From Gemmatimonadaceae bacterium (GTDB lineage: Bacteria > Gemmatimonadota > Gemmatimonadetes > Gemmatimonadales > Gemmatimonadaceae): a DNA stretch of 64,000 nt. Location of the stretch: NCBI GenBank assembly GCA_045803545.1, contig JBJMOW010000005.1, positions 96,001 to 160,000 on the forward strand, written 5' to 3'. This document shows positions 40,834 to 52,253 of this stretch, piece by piece; the stretch's first letter is position 1; every line of letters starts with the position of its first letter. The translations under genes were made by a program, and so were the position numbers. The notes under the pieces are model-generated. The model worked only from the letters and a program-made list of their open reading frames with translations, was not told where the DNA came from and did no database searches.

Positions 40834-43668
40834 TTAACGGTTCGCTGCTCCGGCGAAGTTCTCAGGATAGAGAGAGATGCGCACGTAGTTATTGGTGCGC
40901 AGGTACTTTATCGCGGCCTGTTTCAGATCGTCTGATGTGAGTGCCGAGATGAGCTTCTCGCCCTCTGGAATGTCAGCGAGGTTCCAGCCGCTCTGATCGA
41001 AAGTCGCGATCTGTGACAGCCAATAATTGTTTTGCTTGAGTGCTACTTCGCGCGCGCGCAAAGCCGCTTCCTTGACCTTGTTCAGGTACTCGGGGGTAGT
41101 GCCAAATTTCTTCACACTATCGATCTGGGAGAGCGCCGCAGCCGTGAGGTCCTCGAGGCGCTCGGGCGCTGACCCGAAGCCGATGGTGAATCGATAGGAG
41201 GGATAAGGGTCGCGTGACGCGCTTGGACTGACGCTCACGCCGTAGGTGCCGCCCATGTTCTCTCGCAGAGTCTCACGCAGCTTGATGTTGAGGAGCTCGC
41301 CGAGCGCACTGAGCTGATAGCGATTCTTTCTCGAGTATTCGAACGGCCCCGTGAACACCAGCGCGGTACGCGCTTTTGGCTCGGTGCCTTTTTTGATGAC
41401 ACGCTGCACAATGCCGGTTGGCGGACGGATTCCGGTGTCACGCCACGTTTCACGACGACCCTTCGATGGCAGCGAGCCGAGCCATTTCGCGACCAGTGGC
41501 TTCAGCGAGTCAGGCTTGAAGTTGCCGACAAAAATAAAAGTGAAGCCATTCGCGTCCGCGAACCGATCCTTGTAGAAGTCGTAGGACTTGAATGGATCGA
41601 TGCGGTCGAGCGTCGCTGCCGAGACCGGAGCTTCGCGCGGAGAATGCTGCGCCATCGTCACCTGCAGTGTGTCGCTGAACGCCGCCTCGGGAGAGGCGCT
41701 GCGATTGGCGAGCACGCCCTTGAAGCGACCGATGAAAGTGTTCACCAGCGCCGTGTCGAGACGCGGCTGAGTGAAGTACAGATAGACGAGCTGCAACATC
41801 GTGTCGACATCACGCAGTGAGGCATTGCCGGAAATCCCTTCGCTGAGATCGTCGATGTTCGGGTAAACGGTTACCTGCTTGCCCGCGAGATACTTTTGCA
41901 AATCGATGACGCTGAATTTGCCGACGCCGCTCGTCGCGGGAATAAGGTCGGCAGCGCTCGCTGCGATGTAGGACGCGTCGGGAAGCAGGGATGCGCCGCC
42001 TGGCGAATATGAAAGGAAGGCGATCTGATCAGCGTTGAAGTCGGTCGGCTTGGCGAGCACTCGGACACCGTTGGAGAGCTTCCACTCCGTGACGCCGATT
42101 TCCTTGATCTGTCGTTCAGAGACGATGGTGCCGGCAACTGGATCCTTCTCCACCAGATTCTGGGATGGAACGCTCTCGGAATAGCCGGAGATATTGGCCC
42201 CCTTAACAGCATCGAACGCGAGCATCAGCTCGCCCGGTGTCGGTTGGGCAACACCTGTCTTGTCGGGTGCTGTGGTAGCCAATACCCGATTCTTCTCAGT
42301 CATCCACTCGCCCGCGAGTTTGTTCACCTCTGCGAGCGTGATGCCTGGCAGCAGTCTCTTAACCGCGGCGAGATCGTAGTCGATGCTCGTCGAGGGCTGC
42401 GACTGCAGGAACGCGGATACATAGGCTGAAGCGTAAACCGTCGAGTTCGTCTTCTCGCGTTCCGCGTACGCTTGTTCGATACCCCGCTCGAAATCCTTTT
42501 TGGCCCGATCTAACTCCGATTGGAGGAATCCATAACGCTTCACTCGTTCGCCCTCGGTGACCAGCGCGTTCAAACCGCGCATGATTCCGTTGTCCGCGAC
42601 GACCGCGCTCAGCGTAAACGACTCTGCGGAGCGAACGAGGTCGCCTTGCGCAGCGTACGCATTGATGAAGGGCGGATTCGGATGCTGGACGATCTCGGAG
42701 AACCGATCGTTGAACATCGAGCCGAACAAGCTCTCTACCAGTTGCTGGCGGTAGGTCGCTTCCGTCGTGTTGTAGCGCTTTGGTTGCTTGTACAAAAGTC
42801 GGATGACTGACTGTGTCGCTTCCTTATCGCTGTTGATGGAAACGAGTGTGCTGTCATACTGCGGAACCGGGTAGAGCGGTCGCGGCTTCGGGTTCATCGC
42901 GGGGGGAATCGCGCCGAGGTAGCGCTTGATCAGCGCTTCGATTGTGTTCTTGTCAAAATCCCCGACCGCGACGACTGCCATTAGATCCGGGCGGTACCAT
43001 GTGTCGTAAAAGCGTCGTAAGGTGGCGGGATCGTAGGTTTCCAGAACGTTCTTGAGCCCAATCGGCAAACGCTCGCCGTAGCGGGAGCCCGTGAACAGAA
43101 CCGGGAACCATGTATTCTGCATCCGGTTCTCAGCTCCCTGACCGAGTCGCCACTCTTCAATCACAACCGGGCGCTCTTTCGCGATCTGAGACGGGTCGAA
43201 CGAAACGTAATGCGCCCAATCGGCGAGTATCTGAATTCCTTTGTCGACGATCGACGCGGTATCAGTCGGCACCGTGATCATGTAGACCGTTTCATCGAAG
43301 CTCGTAAAAGCGTTGATGTCCGGTCCGTATCGCATGCCGACAGATTCGAGGTAACTGGAGACCTGATTCCCAGGGAAATGCGTCGTCCCCCGAAAGGCCA
43401 TGTGCTCGACCATGTGAGCGAGGCCGCGCTGATTCTCATCTTCGAGGACAGATCCGGCGTTGACTACGAGTCGCAGCTCGGCCCGCTTCTCCGGCTTGTG
43501 GTTTTCGCGGATGTAGTAGCGCATGCCATTGCTCAGCGTGCCGACCGTTACGGCTGGATCGAACGGAAGCGGCCCCTGCGAGCTGGACAGCTGCTGGGAA
43601 AGCAGCGGCGATGCGCTCGCCGCGAAAAACAGAATCGCGCCGGCGGCGCGATGAGAAAGTGTCAACAC
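40834..43668 (-). CDS. Exported M16 zinc metallopeptidase (PqqL-like)
   Basis: Signal peptide, HMVEH inverted zinc motif, NAFTSFDETVY, two-lobed repeat. Confidence 0.93.
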   Translation of the reverse strand: MLTLSHRAAGAILFFAASASPLLSQQLSSSQGPLPFDPAVTVGTLSNGMRYYIRENHKPEKRAELRLVVNAGSVLEDENQRGLAHMVEHMAFRGTTHFPGNQVSSYLESVGMRYGPDINAFTSFDETVYMITVPTDTASIVDKGIQILADWAHYVSFDPSQIAKERPVVIEEWRLGQGAENRMQNTWFPVLFTGSRYGERLPIGLKNVLETYDPATLRRFYDTWYRPDLMAVVAVGDFDKNTIEALIKRYLGAIPPAMNPKPRPLYPVPQYDSTLVSINSDKEATQSVIRLLYKQPKRYNTTEATYRQQLVESLFGSMFNDRFSEIVQHPNPPFINAYAAQGDLVRSAESFTLSAVVADNGIMRGLNALVTEGERVKRYGFLQSELDRAKKDFERGIEQAYAEREKTNSTVYASAYVSAFLQSQPSTSIDYDLAAVKRLLPGITLAEVNKLAGEWMTEKNRVLATTAPDKTGVAQPTPGELMLAFDAVKGANISGYSESVPSQNLVEKDPVAGTIVSERQIKEIGVTEWKLSNGVRVLAKPTDFNADQIAFLSYSPGGASLLPDASYIAASAADLIPATSGVGKFSVIDLQKYLAGKQVTVYPNIDDLSEGISGNASLRDVDTMLQLVYLYFTQPRLDTALVNTFIGRFKGVLANRSASPEAAFSDTLQVTMAQHSPREAPVSAATLDRIDPFKSYDFYKDRFADANGFTFIFVGNFKPDSLKPLVAKWLGSLPSKGRRETWRDTGIRPPTGIVQRVIKKGTEPKARTALVFTGPFEYSRKNRYQLSALGELLNIKLRETLRENMGGTYGVSVSPSASRDPYPSYRFTIGFGSAPERLEDLTAAALSQIDSVKKFGTTPEYLNKVKEAALRAREVALKQNNYWLSQIATFDQSGWNLADIPEGEKLISALTSDDLKQAAIKYLRTNNYVRISLYPENFAGAANR

Positions 43669-43720
43669 TTATCCTTCGTGGTTTTCGGTTACTGCAGCGA
43701 CTTGCCTGGCAGGCGGCAAG

Positions 43721-45769
43721 TCACGCCGCCTCAAACTCGTTCGACTGCGAAATGGCGTCCAGAAATTTCTTGCCGTACCGCTCGAGCTTCATCGGTCCGA
43801 CGCCGCGAACACTACCGAAAGCTGTCAGCGATCGCGGCCGCTTGAGCGCGAGTTCGGCGAGGGTCCGATCAGAGAATACAATATAGGGAGGAACATGTTC
43901 CTCGCGCGCGATCGAGGTGCGAAGAGCTTTGAGCGCGCCCAGCAGGCGTTGCTCTTCGTCGCCCAGCTGGACTTCATCATCGCGAGGCTCCGTTTGCGGA
44001 CGCCTGGGCTTTTTCTGTTTTGATGGCTTGGCCAGCGACCGCTCTTCCAGCGGCGCAGCGGAGATGCCCAGACAGTTATCGCAGCCCGCGCAGGCGCGGC
44101 GAGCGGCCGGGTCGCCGAAATACTCCAGCACGAACCGGCGACGACACTCCTTCGTGTAGGCGTAACGCTGGACCGCCTGCAGTTTCGCCAGCTCAGCGCT
44201 GCGGCGGAGGTCGATGCTTTTCCAGTCGATAGGGAATTTCGATAGTTGCGCTGAGCGATCGGCGAGATAGAGTCCGGCGCCCAACCGCTCCCAGACAAGA
44301 AACTGTTTTGCCTGGAGCGAGTCGAGCAAGGGAACACAAGCCATCGCCCCACCGAGCCCCGGAGGAAGTCCACTCAGGTTGACGACTGCGCCACGGTGCA
44401 ACTGCTCTCCAACGCCACGCCACAGCGCGCGAAGCAAGCCGAGCTCGGGGTTCGCTTCACCTGTCAGCTCCTTCTTGATTCGATCCGGTGTTGCGAGCAA
44501 CCGCACTCTTACTCTGTCCTGCTCGCCGTTGCTCGAGACGACCGCACCGGACTTCGTCAGAATCTTGAGAGCGCCCTCCACTTCGCGTGCGTTCACCTTT
44601 GGCTTGATCGAGCGAGCGAGATCCTCCGCTTGCTCAGCAACGAATCCTTCCCGATCGGAAATCCTGATCAGCGCCTGGTACATCTGCTCGACGACGGTGC
44701 GGTCCGGATAGGAGCCTTTGATAAAGAATTCGTGCGTGAAACGGTCAGGAAAGGAGTGCAGCAGGAAGACGTCGGAGTGGTTCCCATCTCTGCCCGCACG
44801 TCCAGCTTCCTGGTAATACGCTTCCAGCGTCCCGGGCATGGTGTAGTGGATTACGAGGCGCACGTTCGGCTTGTCGATCCCCATTCCGAACGCATTGGTC
44901 GCGACAATGGCGCGGATCCGCTCGGTCATGAACGCTTCCTGCACCTCGTGTCGCCGCGCATCATCCAGACCCGCGTGGTATCCCGCCGCAGGAATGCGCG
45001 CCCGCTCGAGAACGCTGGTGAGCTCATCGACGGCGCGTCGAGTCGAGGCGTAGACCACTGCGAGTCCGTCGTAGCGGCGAAGAATCTCTACCAGCCGACT
45101 CTCTTTTGCCGATTCGTTCTTCGTCGAAATGACGTAGTAGTGAAGATTCGGGCGATCGAATCCAGTGATGATCGTTTCCGGATTCTCCAGACCTAGCTGG
45201 CGCACGATATCGCGGCGCACCTCGGGGGTCGCCGTTGCGGTGAGAGCTACAGTCGTCGGCGATCCCAGTGCTTCTCTGACTTTCCGCACCCGAAGGTAGC
45301 TCGGTCGGAAATCGTGCCCCCACTGGCTGATGCAATGCGCTTCGTCGATTGCGAGCAGCGAAACGCCGGCCTTTCGTAAACGCTCCGCGGTGCGACCGAA
45401 CTCGAACCGCTCTGGCGCCACGTAAAGCAGCTTGATTTCGCCGCGATCGACGCGCGCGAGCCGATCGGAGACCTGGGCTGAGGTGAGCGTGCTATTGATA
45501 AAAGCGGCGGGAAGCCCGCGCGCGGTCAGTGCGTCAACCTGGTCTTTCATCAGGGAAATAAGAGGCGACACCACGACGGTGAGCCCATCTAGTACGAGCG
45601 CGGGGACCTGGAAGCACAAGGATTTGCCACCGCCGGTTGGGAGAACGACGACAGTATGCCGGCCGCTCAGTACTGACGCGACTGCCGTTTCCTGACCGGC
45701 GCGAAAGTCGTCGTAGCCGAATGCGCTCTTGAGCACGCGCCGGGCATCTTTGATCGTCGGAGTTGCCAT
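43721..45769 (-). CDS. recQ: RecQ family DNA helicase with HRDC domain
   Basis: PTGGGKS, DEAHCISQWGHDFRP, QEAGRAGRDG, CRR...CAGCDNC, HRDC. Confidence 0.92.
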   Translation of the reverse strand: MATPTIKDARRVLKSAFGYDDFRAGQETAVASVLSGRHTVVVLPTGGGKSLCFQVPALVLDGLTVVVSPLISLMKDQVDALTARGLPAAFINSTLTSAQVSDRLARVDRGEIKLLYVAPERFEFGRTAERLRKAGVSLLAIDEAHCISQWGHDFRPSYLRVRKVREALGSPTTVALTATATPEVRRDIVRQLGLENPETIITGFDRPNLHYYVISTKNESAKESRLVEILRRYDGLAVVYASTRRAVDELTSVLERARIPAAGYHAGLDDARRHEVQEAFMTERIRAIVATNAFGMGIDKPNVRLVIHYTMPGTLEAYYQEAGRAGRDGNHSDVFLLHSFPDRFTHEFFIKGSYPDRTVVEQMYQALIRISDREGFVAEQAEDLARSIKPKVNAREVEGALKILTKSGAVVSSNGEQDRVRVRLLATPDRIKKELTGEANPELGLLRALWRGVGEQLHRGAVVNLSGLPPGLGGAMACVPLLDSLQAKQFLVWERLGAGLYLADRSAQLSKFPIDWKSIDLRRSAELAKLQAVQRYAYTKECRRRFVLEYFGDPAARRACAGCDNCLGISAAPLEERSLAKPSKQKKPRRPQTEPRDDEVQLGDEEQRLLGALKALRTSIAREEHVPPYIVFSDRTLAELALKRPRSLTAFGSVRGVGPMKLERYGKKFLDAISQSNEFEAA

Positions 45770-45854
45770 CGATCTAAAGCTAGCGGACTTCGAATGGACG
45801 ACGGCACTCTTTAACGCCAGTGTAATTCTTGGCTCGCACCAATGTGCGAATTCG

Positions 45855-46793
45855 TTAAAGCCCGCGGATCAGGTCGGCGTAAACCGCTGGATCGGCGTTA
45901 CCGCCGCTAATCACACAGCAGACGCGCTTCCGCTCAAAGCGGTCCGGCTTCGCCAGAATTGCCCCAATAGAAAGGGCACCCGTCGGTTCGGATTTGAGAT
46001 TTGCCAAAGAGAACAACAGTCGCACGCCTTCCCTGATCTGGTCTTCGCTGACCTCGATCACGCTGTCGAGACCACGTTGCAAGATTTCCCAGTTTCGGTC
46101 TCCGATGCGCAACACTCGCGCGCCATCAGCAAGCGTGTTCGACTCCTCCGGCAGCGCGACGATGTGCCCCGCCCTTAATGACTGTGCAGCATCGTTGGAA
46201 AGCAGCGGCTCCGCGGCGATCACCTTGGTCTTTTTTCGGCTCTTTTTAACCGCATTGACGATTCCCGATGTAAGCCCGCCTCCCCCGATAGGGGCGATTA
46301 TGAAATCCAGGTCGAGTCCGAGGGCGAACAGCTCGTTGCCGAGGGACGCGTTCCCGTCGATCACGAGATCGTCGTCATACGGGCTGGCGATGTACGCATC
46401 AGGAAATTCAGCCGCAAGCTCGCGGACGCGATCGAGACGTCCCTTCTTCTTTACGTCAACGAGATCGACTTCGCCCCCGTACTCCTTCACCGCGTTGACT
46501 TTCACCTTCGGCGCCCCCGAAGGCATCACTACCGTGGATCGCTTACCGAAAAGCGAGCAGGCGAAAGCAATCGCCTGGCCGAAGTTCCCCGACGAGGCGG
46601 TGATGATGTGCGATTGCTTCACGTTCAGTGCGACGTTGTAGGCCGCGCGGAATTTGAAGCTGCCAGTGTACTGCAGCGTTTCGCTGGCGATGACGATGTC
46701 GACACCGAGTTTCTTCGACAGCCGTGGTGCATCGACAATCGTGGTGGGCCGCGGTGGCGTCGGGTGCGCCGCCGAGCGAACGGCCGCTGTCAT
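45855..46793 (-). CDS. PLP-dependent threonine/serine dehydratase-like enzyme (no regulatory domain)
   Basis: TGSFKFR, SSGN, PIGGGGL, SGGN; ATG 46793. Confidence 0.85.
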   Translation of the reverse strand: MTAAVRSAAHPTPPRPTTIVDAPRLSKKLGVDIVIASETLQYTGSFKFRAAYNVALNVKQSHIITASSGNFGQAIAFACSLFGKRSTVVMPSGAPKVKVNAVKEYGGEVDLVDVKKKGRLDRVRELAAEFPDAYIASPYDDDLVIDGNASLGNELFALGLDLDFIIAPIGGGGLTSGIVNAVKKSRKKTKVIAAEPLLSNDAAQSLRAGHIVALPEESNTLADGARVLRIGDRNWEILQRGLDSVIEVSEDQIREGVRLLFSLANLKSEPTGALSIGAILAKPDRFERKRVCCVISGGNADPAVYADLIRGL

Positions 46794-46960
46794 GGCTGAC
46801 CGCGCGGCTTGCGCCGCTTGAAGAACCGAAGCACCAGTGCGATGAACAAAAAGAGAATGCCGGCCCAACGGAGCGCGCTGTCGTCAGTGCGAATCCCCCA
46901 TGCCAGCAGGACTGCGGCGATCAGCATCAGCGCGAGCTTGGCGATTGTGAACGGACTCAC
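46790..46960 (-). CDS. Small two-TM membrane protein (56 aa), absent from the ORF track
   Basis: MSPFTIAKLALMLIAAVLLAWGIRTDDSALRWAGILFLFIALVLRFFKRRKPRGQP; 4-nt overlaps with both neighbours. Confidence 0.75.
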   Translation of the reverse strand: MSPFTIAKLALMLIAAVLLAWGIRTDDSALRWAGILFLFIALVLRFFKRRKPRGQP

Positions 46961-47724
46961 TGCGTATCCTTCTTACGAGTTGTGAATTTTTTCACACCGT
47001 CGCGAAACTCTCCGGTCGCTCGCGCATCAGCGTTGGCAACGATACCGGCGGTGATGCCGTCGAGGAAGCTTTGCGAGTCCATCTTGTAAAAGAGGGCCTT
47101 GGTGGCGCCCATCGCGCTCGCCGGCGTCTGGGCGAGCTGCTTCAGGACGCCCGCCGACCGGACATCGAACTCGAGTGCCGGAAAGACCCGTGACACCAGA
47201 CCAAGCTGCTTCGCCTCATCCGCGCTGAGGACGCGACCCGTTGCGACCAGATCGAACGCCTGCTTCTCGCCGACGCAGCGGCGCAGCATCGTCATCACCA
47301 TTGCGGGGACGAAGCCGATCGACACCTCGGGATACGCAAACCGCGCTTCGTCGCTCGCGAGCACGATGTCGCATGCCGTCGCCAGTCCGGCGCCACCCGC
47401 GTAGGCGCGTCCACGAACGAGGGCCACCACCGGCTTTTCCATTCGACGAATGGTGTGAAAGACGTGGCCGAGCGCTTGAGCATCCTCGAGATGTGCCTGG
47501 CGCGGTGCGTCGAGCATTGCTTCCAGCGCCGCCAAATCGGCGCCGGCGCAGAAGTCGGTACCCTCAGCATCGATTGCGACTACGGTGACCGCGGCGTTGT
47601 TGAGAAAAAACAGAGCCTCGGCGAGCTCGTCGGCGGTTTCGCGATTCAGCGCGTTCTTCTTTTCCGGACGGGCTAGGGTAATGCGGCCGACCTGGCCTTC
47701 TGTCGTGACGCGAACGTTATTCAA
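46957..47724 (-). CDS. Enoyl-CoA hydratase/isomerase family (methylglutaconyl-CoA hydratase-like)
   Basis: RPEKKNAL, FCAGADL, AGGAGL..ACD, PEVSIG. Confidence 0.88.
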   Translation of the reverse strand: MNNVRVTTEGQVGRITLARPEKKNALNRETADELAEALFFLNNAAVTVVAIDAEGTDFCAGADLAALEAMLDAPRQAHLEDAQALGHVFHTIRRMEKPVVALVRGRAYAGGAGLATACDIVLASDEARFAYPEVSIGFVPAMVMTMLRRCVGEKQAFDLVATGRVLSADEAKQLGLVSRVFPALEFDVRSAGVLKQLAQTPASAMGATKALFYKMDSQSFLDGITAGIVANADARATGEFRDGVKKFTTRKKDTQ

Positions 47725-48074
47725 CGTGCCTCCGGCAATCCGAGCTCATTTGCCTGACGATCCGGCACATCGAGGACCATTCGCAGCAAAGCGGTCGAGT
47801 AGACCTTGCCCTGAGCGTCGGTCTTGAGCGACAGAGTTCCTCCGCCGTCGAGCGCGCCGTGGAGCAAAAAGTTCAGCGCGTTCAGATTGGGAAGCTCGTA
47901 CCGCTGAACGGGCCCGTCGATCATTCCATGAAAGTGCTGAGTAACCCGCTCGGTGGTGACGGCCTGCACGAGAAGGTCGTACCAGCGCGGCTCGATCGCG
48001 ATCAGGCCGACGTTGGCAGTGTCGCCCTTGTCACCGGAGCGCGCGTGCGCGATGTCGACGAGATGAACCTTCAC
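47721..48074 (-). CDS. AtuA-related small protein (C-terminal AtuA domain)
   Basis: [29 protein letters not shown]. Confidence 0.8.
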   Translation of the reverse strand: MKVHLVDIAHARSGDKGDTANVGLIAIEPRWYDLLVQAVTTERVTQHFHGMIDGPVQRYELPNLNALNFLLHGALDGGGTLSLKTDAQGKVYSTALLRMVLDVPDRQANELGLPEAR

Positions 48075-49429
48075 TGGATGATTTGCACTGAAGGTTTGAC
48101 AACGGATTTATCGATCAGCGCCGGCCAATAGGCCACTATCTCTTCGACCTTCGGTCTGCCACCAGCGAACCCAGTGACGCTCGGCGGGCCATTGAGCACG
48201 AGCGGTGCAATCTCCCGGGTGAAACGTTCGACCGCCGCTTTCTCGCCGCGTACACCGAAGCGCAGCTGAACTTCGGGAGCGGTGTGCTGATCGCCGGCGA
48301 GCGGACCATGCGTAGCATTTGCCCCGACGAATTCGGTAAGGATCCGCTCGAACCGCAAACCGAGGCGGTCGAGTCGCTCGCGCAGGATCTTGTCAGCGCG
48401 CTGTGCCTTTTCCAACGCCTCCGGCCAGGCGTAGACGAGAGTGCCGACTGCCTTGAATCCGGCACGATAGGCGATCGAGACTTTGAGCTTATCGGTGGGT
48501 GGCCTGCCTTTGATCCCGGACACCCGGACGCGATCCTTCCCGTCGTCCGTCAATTGGATGGTCGTGAAATCGGCGATGACGTCCGGCGTAATGTACGAGT
48601 GCGGGTCGCCCATCTCGTAAACGAGTTGCTCCGTCACCGTGCGCACGGACACACGGCCTCCCGTGTTTGGATGCTTGGTGACTACGAAGCTGCCGCCCGC
48701 GCTGGCCTCGACAAGCGGGTATCCGACGTTGGCGAGGTCGGGAATCGATTGCCAGTCGTAAAGACAGTTTCCGCCGGAGCATTGAGCCCCGCATTCGATG
48801 ATATGCCCGGCAACGATCCCGGCCGCGAGCTGGTCCCACGACCTCGCCTCCCAGCCGAACTCGTGGCGAATCGGTGCCATTGTCAGCGCGGTATCGGTCG
48901 AGCGGCCCGTGATCACCACGTTCGCACCCTTCGCGAGCGACTCGACAATCGGCTCCGAGCCGATGTAGGCGTTGGCCGAGAGCACACGGTCGCGCACGGC
49001 TGTAAGGGCCTCGCCGGTGTCCATGTTTGCCAACGAATGCCCCTGCGCAATCAGCTCGTCCAGCCTCGAGAGCAGATCGTCGCCGGTAACGACGCCGATA
49101 CGAACTTTTTCCTTCGCCCCCACTTTCTCCGCAACCGCTTTCACAGCTGCCGCACACGCGGGTGGATTGACTCCTCCCGCATTGGCGATCACCTTGACGC
49201 CACGACCGGTGACTGCCGGCATTACACTTTCCATCGCTCCGACGAAATCTCTGGCGTAACCGAGCGATGGATCTCGCTCCTTCTGCTTTTGCAGAATGGA
49301 CATGGTGACTTCGGCCAGATAGTCGAGCATCAAATAATCGAGCTGACCACCCTCCACTTGCCTGCGTGGCGCGTCGATATCGTCGCCCCAGAAACCCTGA
49401 CCAGCCCCGACGCGGACGATCCTGGTCAA
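48071..49429 (-). CDS. AtuA/DUF1446 family protein
   Basis: [39 protein letters not shown]. Confidence 0.85.
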   Translation of the reverse strand: MTRIVRVGAGQGFWGDDIDAPRRQVEGGQLDYLMLDYLAEVTMSILQKQKERDPSLGYARDFVGAMESVMPAVTGRGVKVIANAGGVNPPACAAAVKAVAEKVGAKEKVRIGVVTGDDLLSRLDELIAQGHSLANMDTGEALTAVRDRVLSANAYIGSEPIVESLAKGANVVITGRSTDTALTMAPIRHEFGWEARSWDQLAAGIVAGHIIECGAQCSGGNCLYDWQSIPDLANVGYPLVEASAGGSFVVTKHPNTGGRVSVRTVTEQLVYEMGDPHSYITPDVIADFTTIQLTDDGKDRVRVSGIKGRPPTDKLKVSIAYRAGFKAVGTLVYAWPEALEKAQRADKILRERLDRLGLRFERILTEFVGANATHGPLAGDQHTAPEVQLRFGVRGEKAAVERFTREIAPLVLNGPPSVTGFAGGRPKVEEIVAYWPALIDKSVVKPSVQIIQ

Positions 49430-51048
49430 CTGCCCTCCTCCCCGAGATGCGGTGGAAGGACGAAAGGTCCAAGGTGTGGACCAGGATTATGCAGGGCGGC
49501 GCGCAAGACGAGGCTCAACATCTCGCGGGTATTCTCGGGGTAGACGATCGCATCGACGAATCCGCGCGCGGCAGCGTAGCGGGCGTCGAGCTGGTGCTCG
49601 TAATCGGAGCGCATTTCGTCGACCGCCCTGGCTGTTTCCGGATCGGGCTTGCGGCCTTTCTTCTTTGCCGTCTCGAGTGCGGGCCCGTGCACCGCCTGGA
49701 TTGCGGATTCACCTTCCATCACCGCCATCCTTCCAGTCGGCCAGCTCAGAATGAAATCGGGATCGAAGCCCTGCCCCGCCATCGCGTAGTAACCCGCGCC
49801 GGATGCGTGATTGACCGTCAACACGACCTTGGGAACGCGCGCAGTCGCCATTGCCTCGACGAAGCGCGCACCGGCGCGGATGATTCCCTCTTGTTCCGCT
49901 TCAGTCCCGACCATGAACCCCGACACGTCCTGGACGAACACCAGCGGAATCCCGAGGCGGTCGCAGCGGTCGATGAAAAACGCGACCTTCTCCGCGCTCT
50001 CTGTATAGATGATTCCCCCGAACCGAGGCTTCTCCCCCTGCCGTCCCTTGATCAGCCCGCGTTGGTTCGCGATCACGCCGACCGTAATTCCATCGATGCG
50101 CGCGTCTCCGCAAAGCATCTCGCGGGCAAGCTCCGCCTGGAATTCGTCGACCCTCCCATCGTCGACGATCGCGCGGAGGACGTCGTACATGTCGTACGAC
50201 ATCCGATGGTCACCGGGTAACACCTCGTACAGGCTTTCCGCTGGAGCACCGGCGCTGGATGACCTCGGCATCAGCGCGACATCGCGTGATGTGACCGGCA
50301 GCCGCTCTATGAAATCTCTGATCTTCGCAAGACATTCCTGGTCGTTGTCCACTTTGTAGTGGGCGACACCGCTGATCTCCGTATGCGTCGATGCCCCGCC
50401 TAACGTCTCAGCATCCACAACTTGCCCGGTCGCGCCTTTCACCAGATTGGGGCCGCCGAGCCCCATGAACGAAGTACCCTTCACCATCAGGATCACGTCG
50501 GAAAGCGCGGGTAGATAAGCTCCGCCCGCGACGCATTGCCCCATCACCGCGGCGATCTGAGGAATGCGCAAATAGCGCCGCATGATCGAGTTGTAGTAGA
50601 AAATTCGCGCAGCACCGTACTGTCCTGGAAAAACTCCGCCCTGGTACGGGAGGTTCACGCCGGCGGAATCGACGAGGTAGACGATCGGGATCCGACAACG
50701 CATCGCGATCTCCTGCGCGCGCAGAATCTTCTTGATCGTCTCCGGCCACCACGATCCGGCTTTGACGGTCGCATCATTGGCGACAACGACGGTTTCGCGA
50801 CCGTGCACTCTGATCACCGCCGTGACGACGCCGGCGGCAGGCGCCTGACCATCGTACTGATCGTAGGCGACGAGCATGCCGACCTCCAGCATGCTGGAGT
50901 CAGGATCGCGCAGCAAGTCGACGCGTTCGCGCGCCGAGAGCTTTCCCTGCTGGTGAAGTTTTTCGATCCGCTTCGCCCCGCCGGCCTCGCGAAGCTTGCT
51001 TTCGAGCGCTCTTACTTCATCGCTCAGCTCGCGCAGGCGATTACTCAC
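49426..51048 (-). CDS. Acyl-CoA carboxyltransferase (carboxylase beta subunit)
   Basis: [40 protein letters not shown]. Confidence 0.92.
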   Translation of the reverse strand: MSNRLRELSDEVRALESKLREAGGAKRIEKLHQQGKLSARERVDLLRDPDSSMLEVGMLVAYDQYDGQAPAAGVVTAVIRVHGRETVVVANDATVKAGSWWPETIKKILRAQEIAMRCRIPIVYLVDSAGVNLPYQGGVFPGQYGAARIFYYNSIMRRYLRIPQIAAVMGQCVAGGAYLPALSDVILMVKGTSFMGLGGPNLVKGATGQVVDAETLGGASTHTEISGVAHYKVDNDQECLAKIRDFIERLPVTSRDVALMPRSSSAGAPAESLYEVLPGDHRMSYDMYDVLRAIVDDGRVDEFQAELAREMLCGDARIDGITVGVIANQRGLIKGRQGEKPRFGGIIYTESAEKVAFFIDRCDRLGIPLVFVQDVSGFMVGTEAEQEGIIRAGARFVEAMATARVPKVVLTVNHASGAGYYAMAGQGFDPDFILSWPTGRMAVMEGESAIQAVHGPALETAKKKGRKPDPETARAVDEMRSDYEHQLDARYAAARGFVDAIVYPENTREMLSLVLRAALHNPGPHLGPFVLPPHLGEEGS

Positions 51049-51458
51049 TACGCTTCCTGCTTTTCTCGCGCGGCAAACCAGTCCTTGATGTACGCGACGA
51101 GCTCCGACGTCGGTGTTCCGGGTCCGAACAGTCTTCCGATGCCTCGCTTCTCCAGCGCTTCGACATCTTCCTTCGGGATGATCCCGCCACCGGTGATGAG
51201 GATGTCGTCACGGCCATTCTCGCGGAGGAGATCATGGACCCTTGGAATGAGTGTCATGTGGGCCCCGCTCAGAATCGACAGCCCGACGACGTCAGCGTCT
51301 TCCTGAATTGCGGCGGTGGCGATCATCTCCGGTGTTTGGTGGAGTCCGGTGTAGATGACCTCCATTCCCGCATCGCGCAGCGCTGCAGCGACGACCTTGG
51401 CTCCCCGATCGTGCCCATCGAGGCCCGGCTTGGCGACAAGAACTCGAATTGGTCTCAT
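51048..51458 (-). CDS. Cobalamin-binding small subunit of acyl-CoA mutase
   Basis: [11 protein letters not shown] (DxHxxG), [14 protein letters not shown]. Confidence 0.93.
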   Translation of the reverse strand: MRPIRVLVAKPGLDGHDRGAKVVAAALRDAGMEVIYTGLHQTPEMIATAAIQEDADVVGLSILSGAHMTLIPRVHDLLRENGRDDILITGGGIIPKEDVEALEKRGIGRLFGPGTPTSELVAYIKDWFAAREKQEA

Positions 51459-51503
51459 AGAGTGTTTCAAAAGTTAGCGGCTGAAATGCGCGAGCGGCAC
51501 GGG

Positions 51504-52253
51504 CTACTCCTTTCGGGCAACGAGCATCATCTCCGACGAAGTCCGGCGCAGGGGCTTGTCTGAGAAGCTCTCGTAGGTCCGTTCGACCACCAATCCGTTC
51601 TCGTTAAGCAGTTCAGAAAGGCGACTCGCCGTGTAGAGTCTGATGCTGTGCTCTCGCGCTCCCTGCTGCTTTCCACGGGTCCATGTGGACCGAACGGTCA
51701 GCAATCCTGACAACGGATCGAATTCTCTCTCCTGCGCAAAAAGAGTTTTATCCGAGGTCCACCAGTCCCGCGCCAGAAAACGCGCCATCACCCCGTCACG
51801 ACTGCCACCATGCCAGACGAGGATTCCACCCGGCTTCAACACACGCGCGAACTCCCTGATCACGCGAGCATCCTCGGCGGGGTGCACAAAGAAGCCGAAC
51901 GAAGTGAAGAGGTTGAGCACGGCATCGAAGCGGCCCGTCCAGCTCGCCGGCAGCCTGCGCATGTCGCCCTGCGTGTAACGAAGAGAGGGCCCGGTTCCCC
52001 GTTTTCGCGCGAAGCGTAGAAGGTCGCGTGAATAATCGAGGCCGTCCACATCGTACCCCGCTTCTGCCAGCAAATGTGCGTGGCGACCCTGGCCGCACGG
52101 CACATCAAGTATTCGCGCACCTACTGGCAGCGACAACACATCGAGCAATCGCGCTACTTCGCGTCTATCACCTTCGGGAGTAAAAAGCGGCTTGTACTCG
52201 AGGAGATAGTGGGCGTCGAACGCTGATTCCCACCACTCTTGGCGCTTTTTCAG
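51504..52253 (-). CDS. Class I SAM-dependent methyltransferase; probable CTG start
   Basis: [24 protein letters not shown]-terminal [10 protein letters not shown] lies upstream of the ORF-track start. Confidence 0.85.
   Translation of the reverse strand: MKKRQEWWESAFDAHYLLEYKPLFTPEGDRREVARLLDVLSLPVGARILDVPCGQGRHAHLLAEAGYDVDGLDYSRDLLRFARKRGTGPSLRYTQGDMRRLPASWTGRFDAVLNLFTSFGFFVHPAEDARVIREFARVLKPGGILVWHGGSRDGVMARFLARDWWTSDKTLFAQEREFDPLSGLLTVRSTWTRGKQQGAREHSIRLYTASRLSELLNENGLVVERTYESFSDKPLRRTSSEMMLVARKE

Noticed and set aside
48284..50220. Long plus-strand ORFs (419 aa and 284 aa)
   Set aside because: Antisense to the AtuA and carboxyltransferase genes; no motifs
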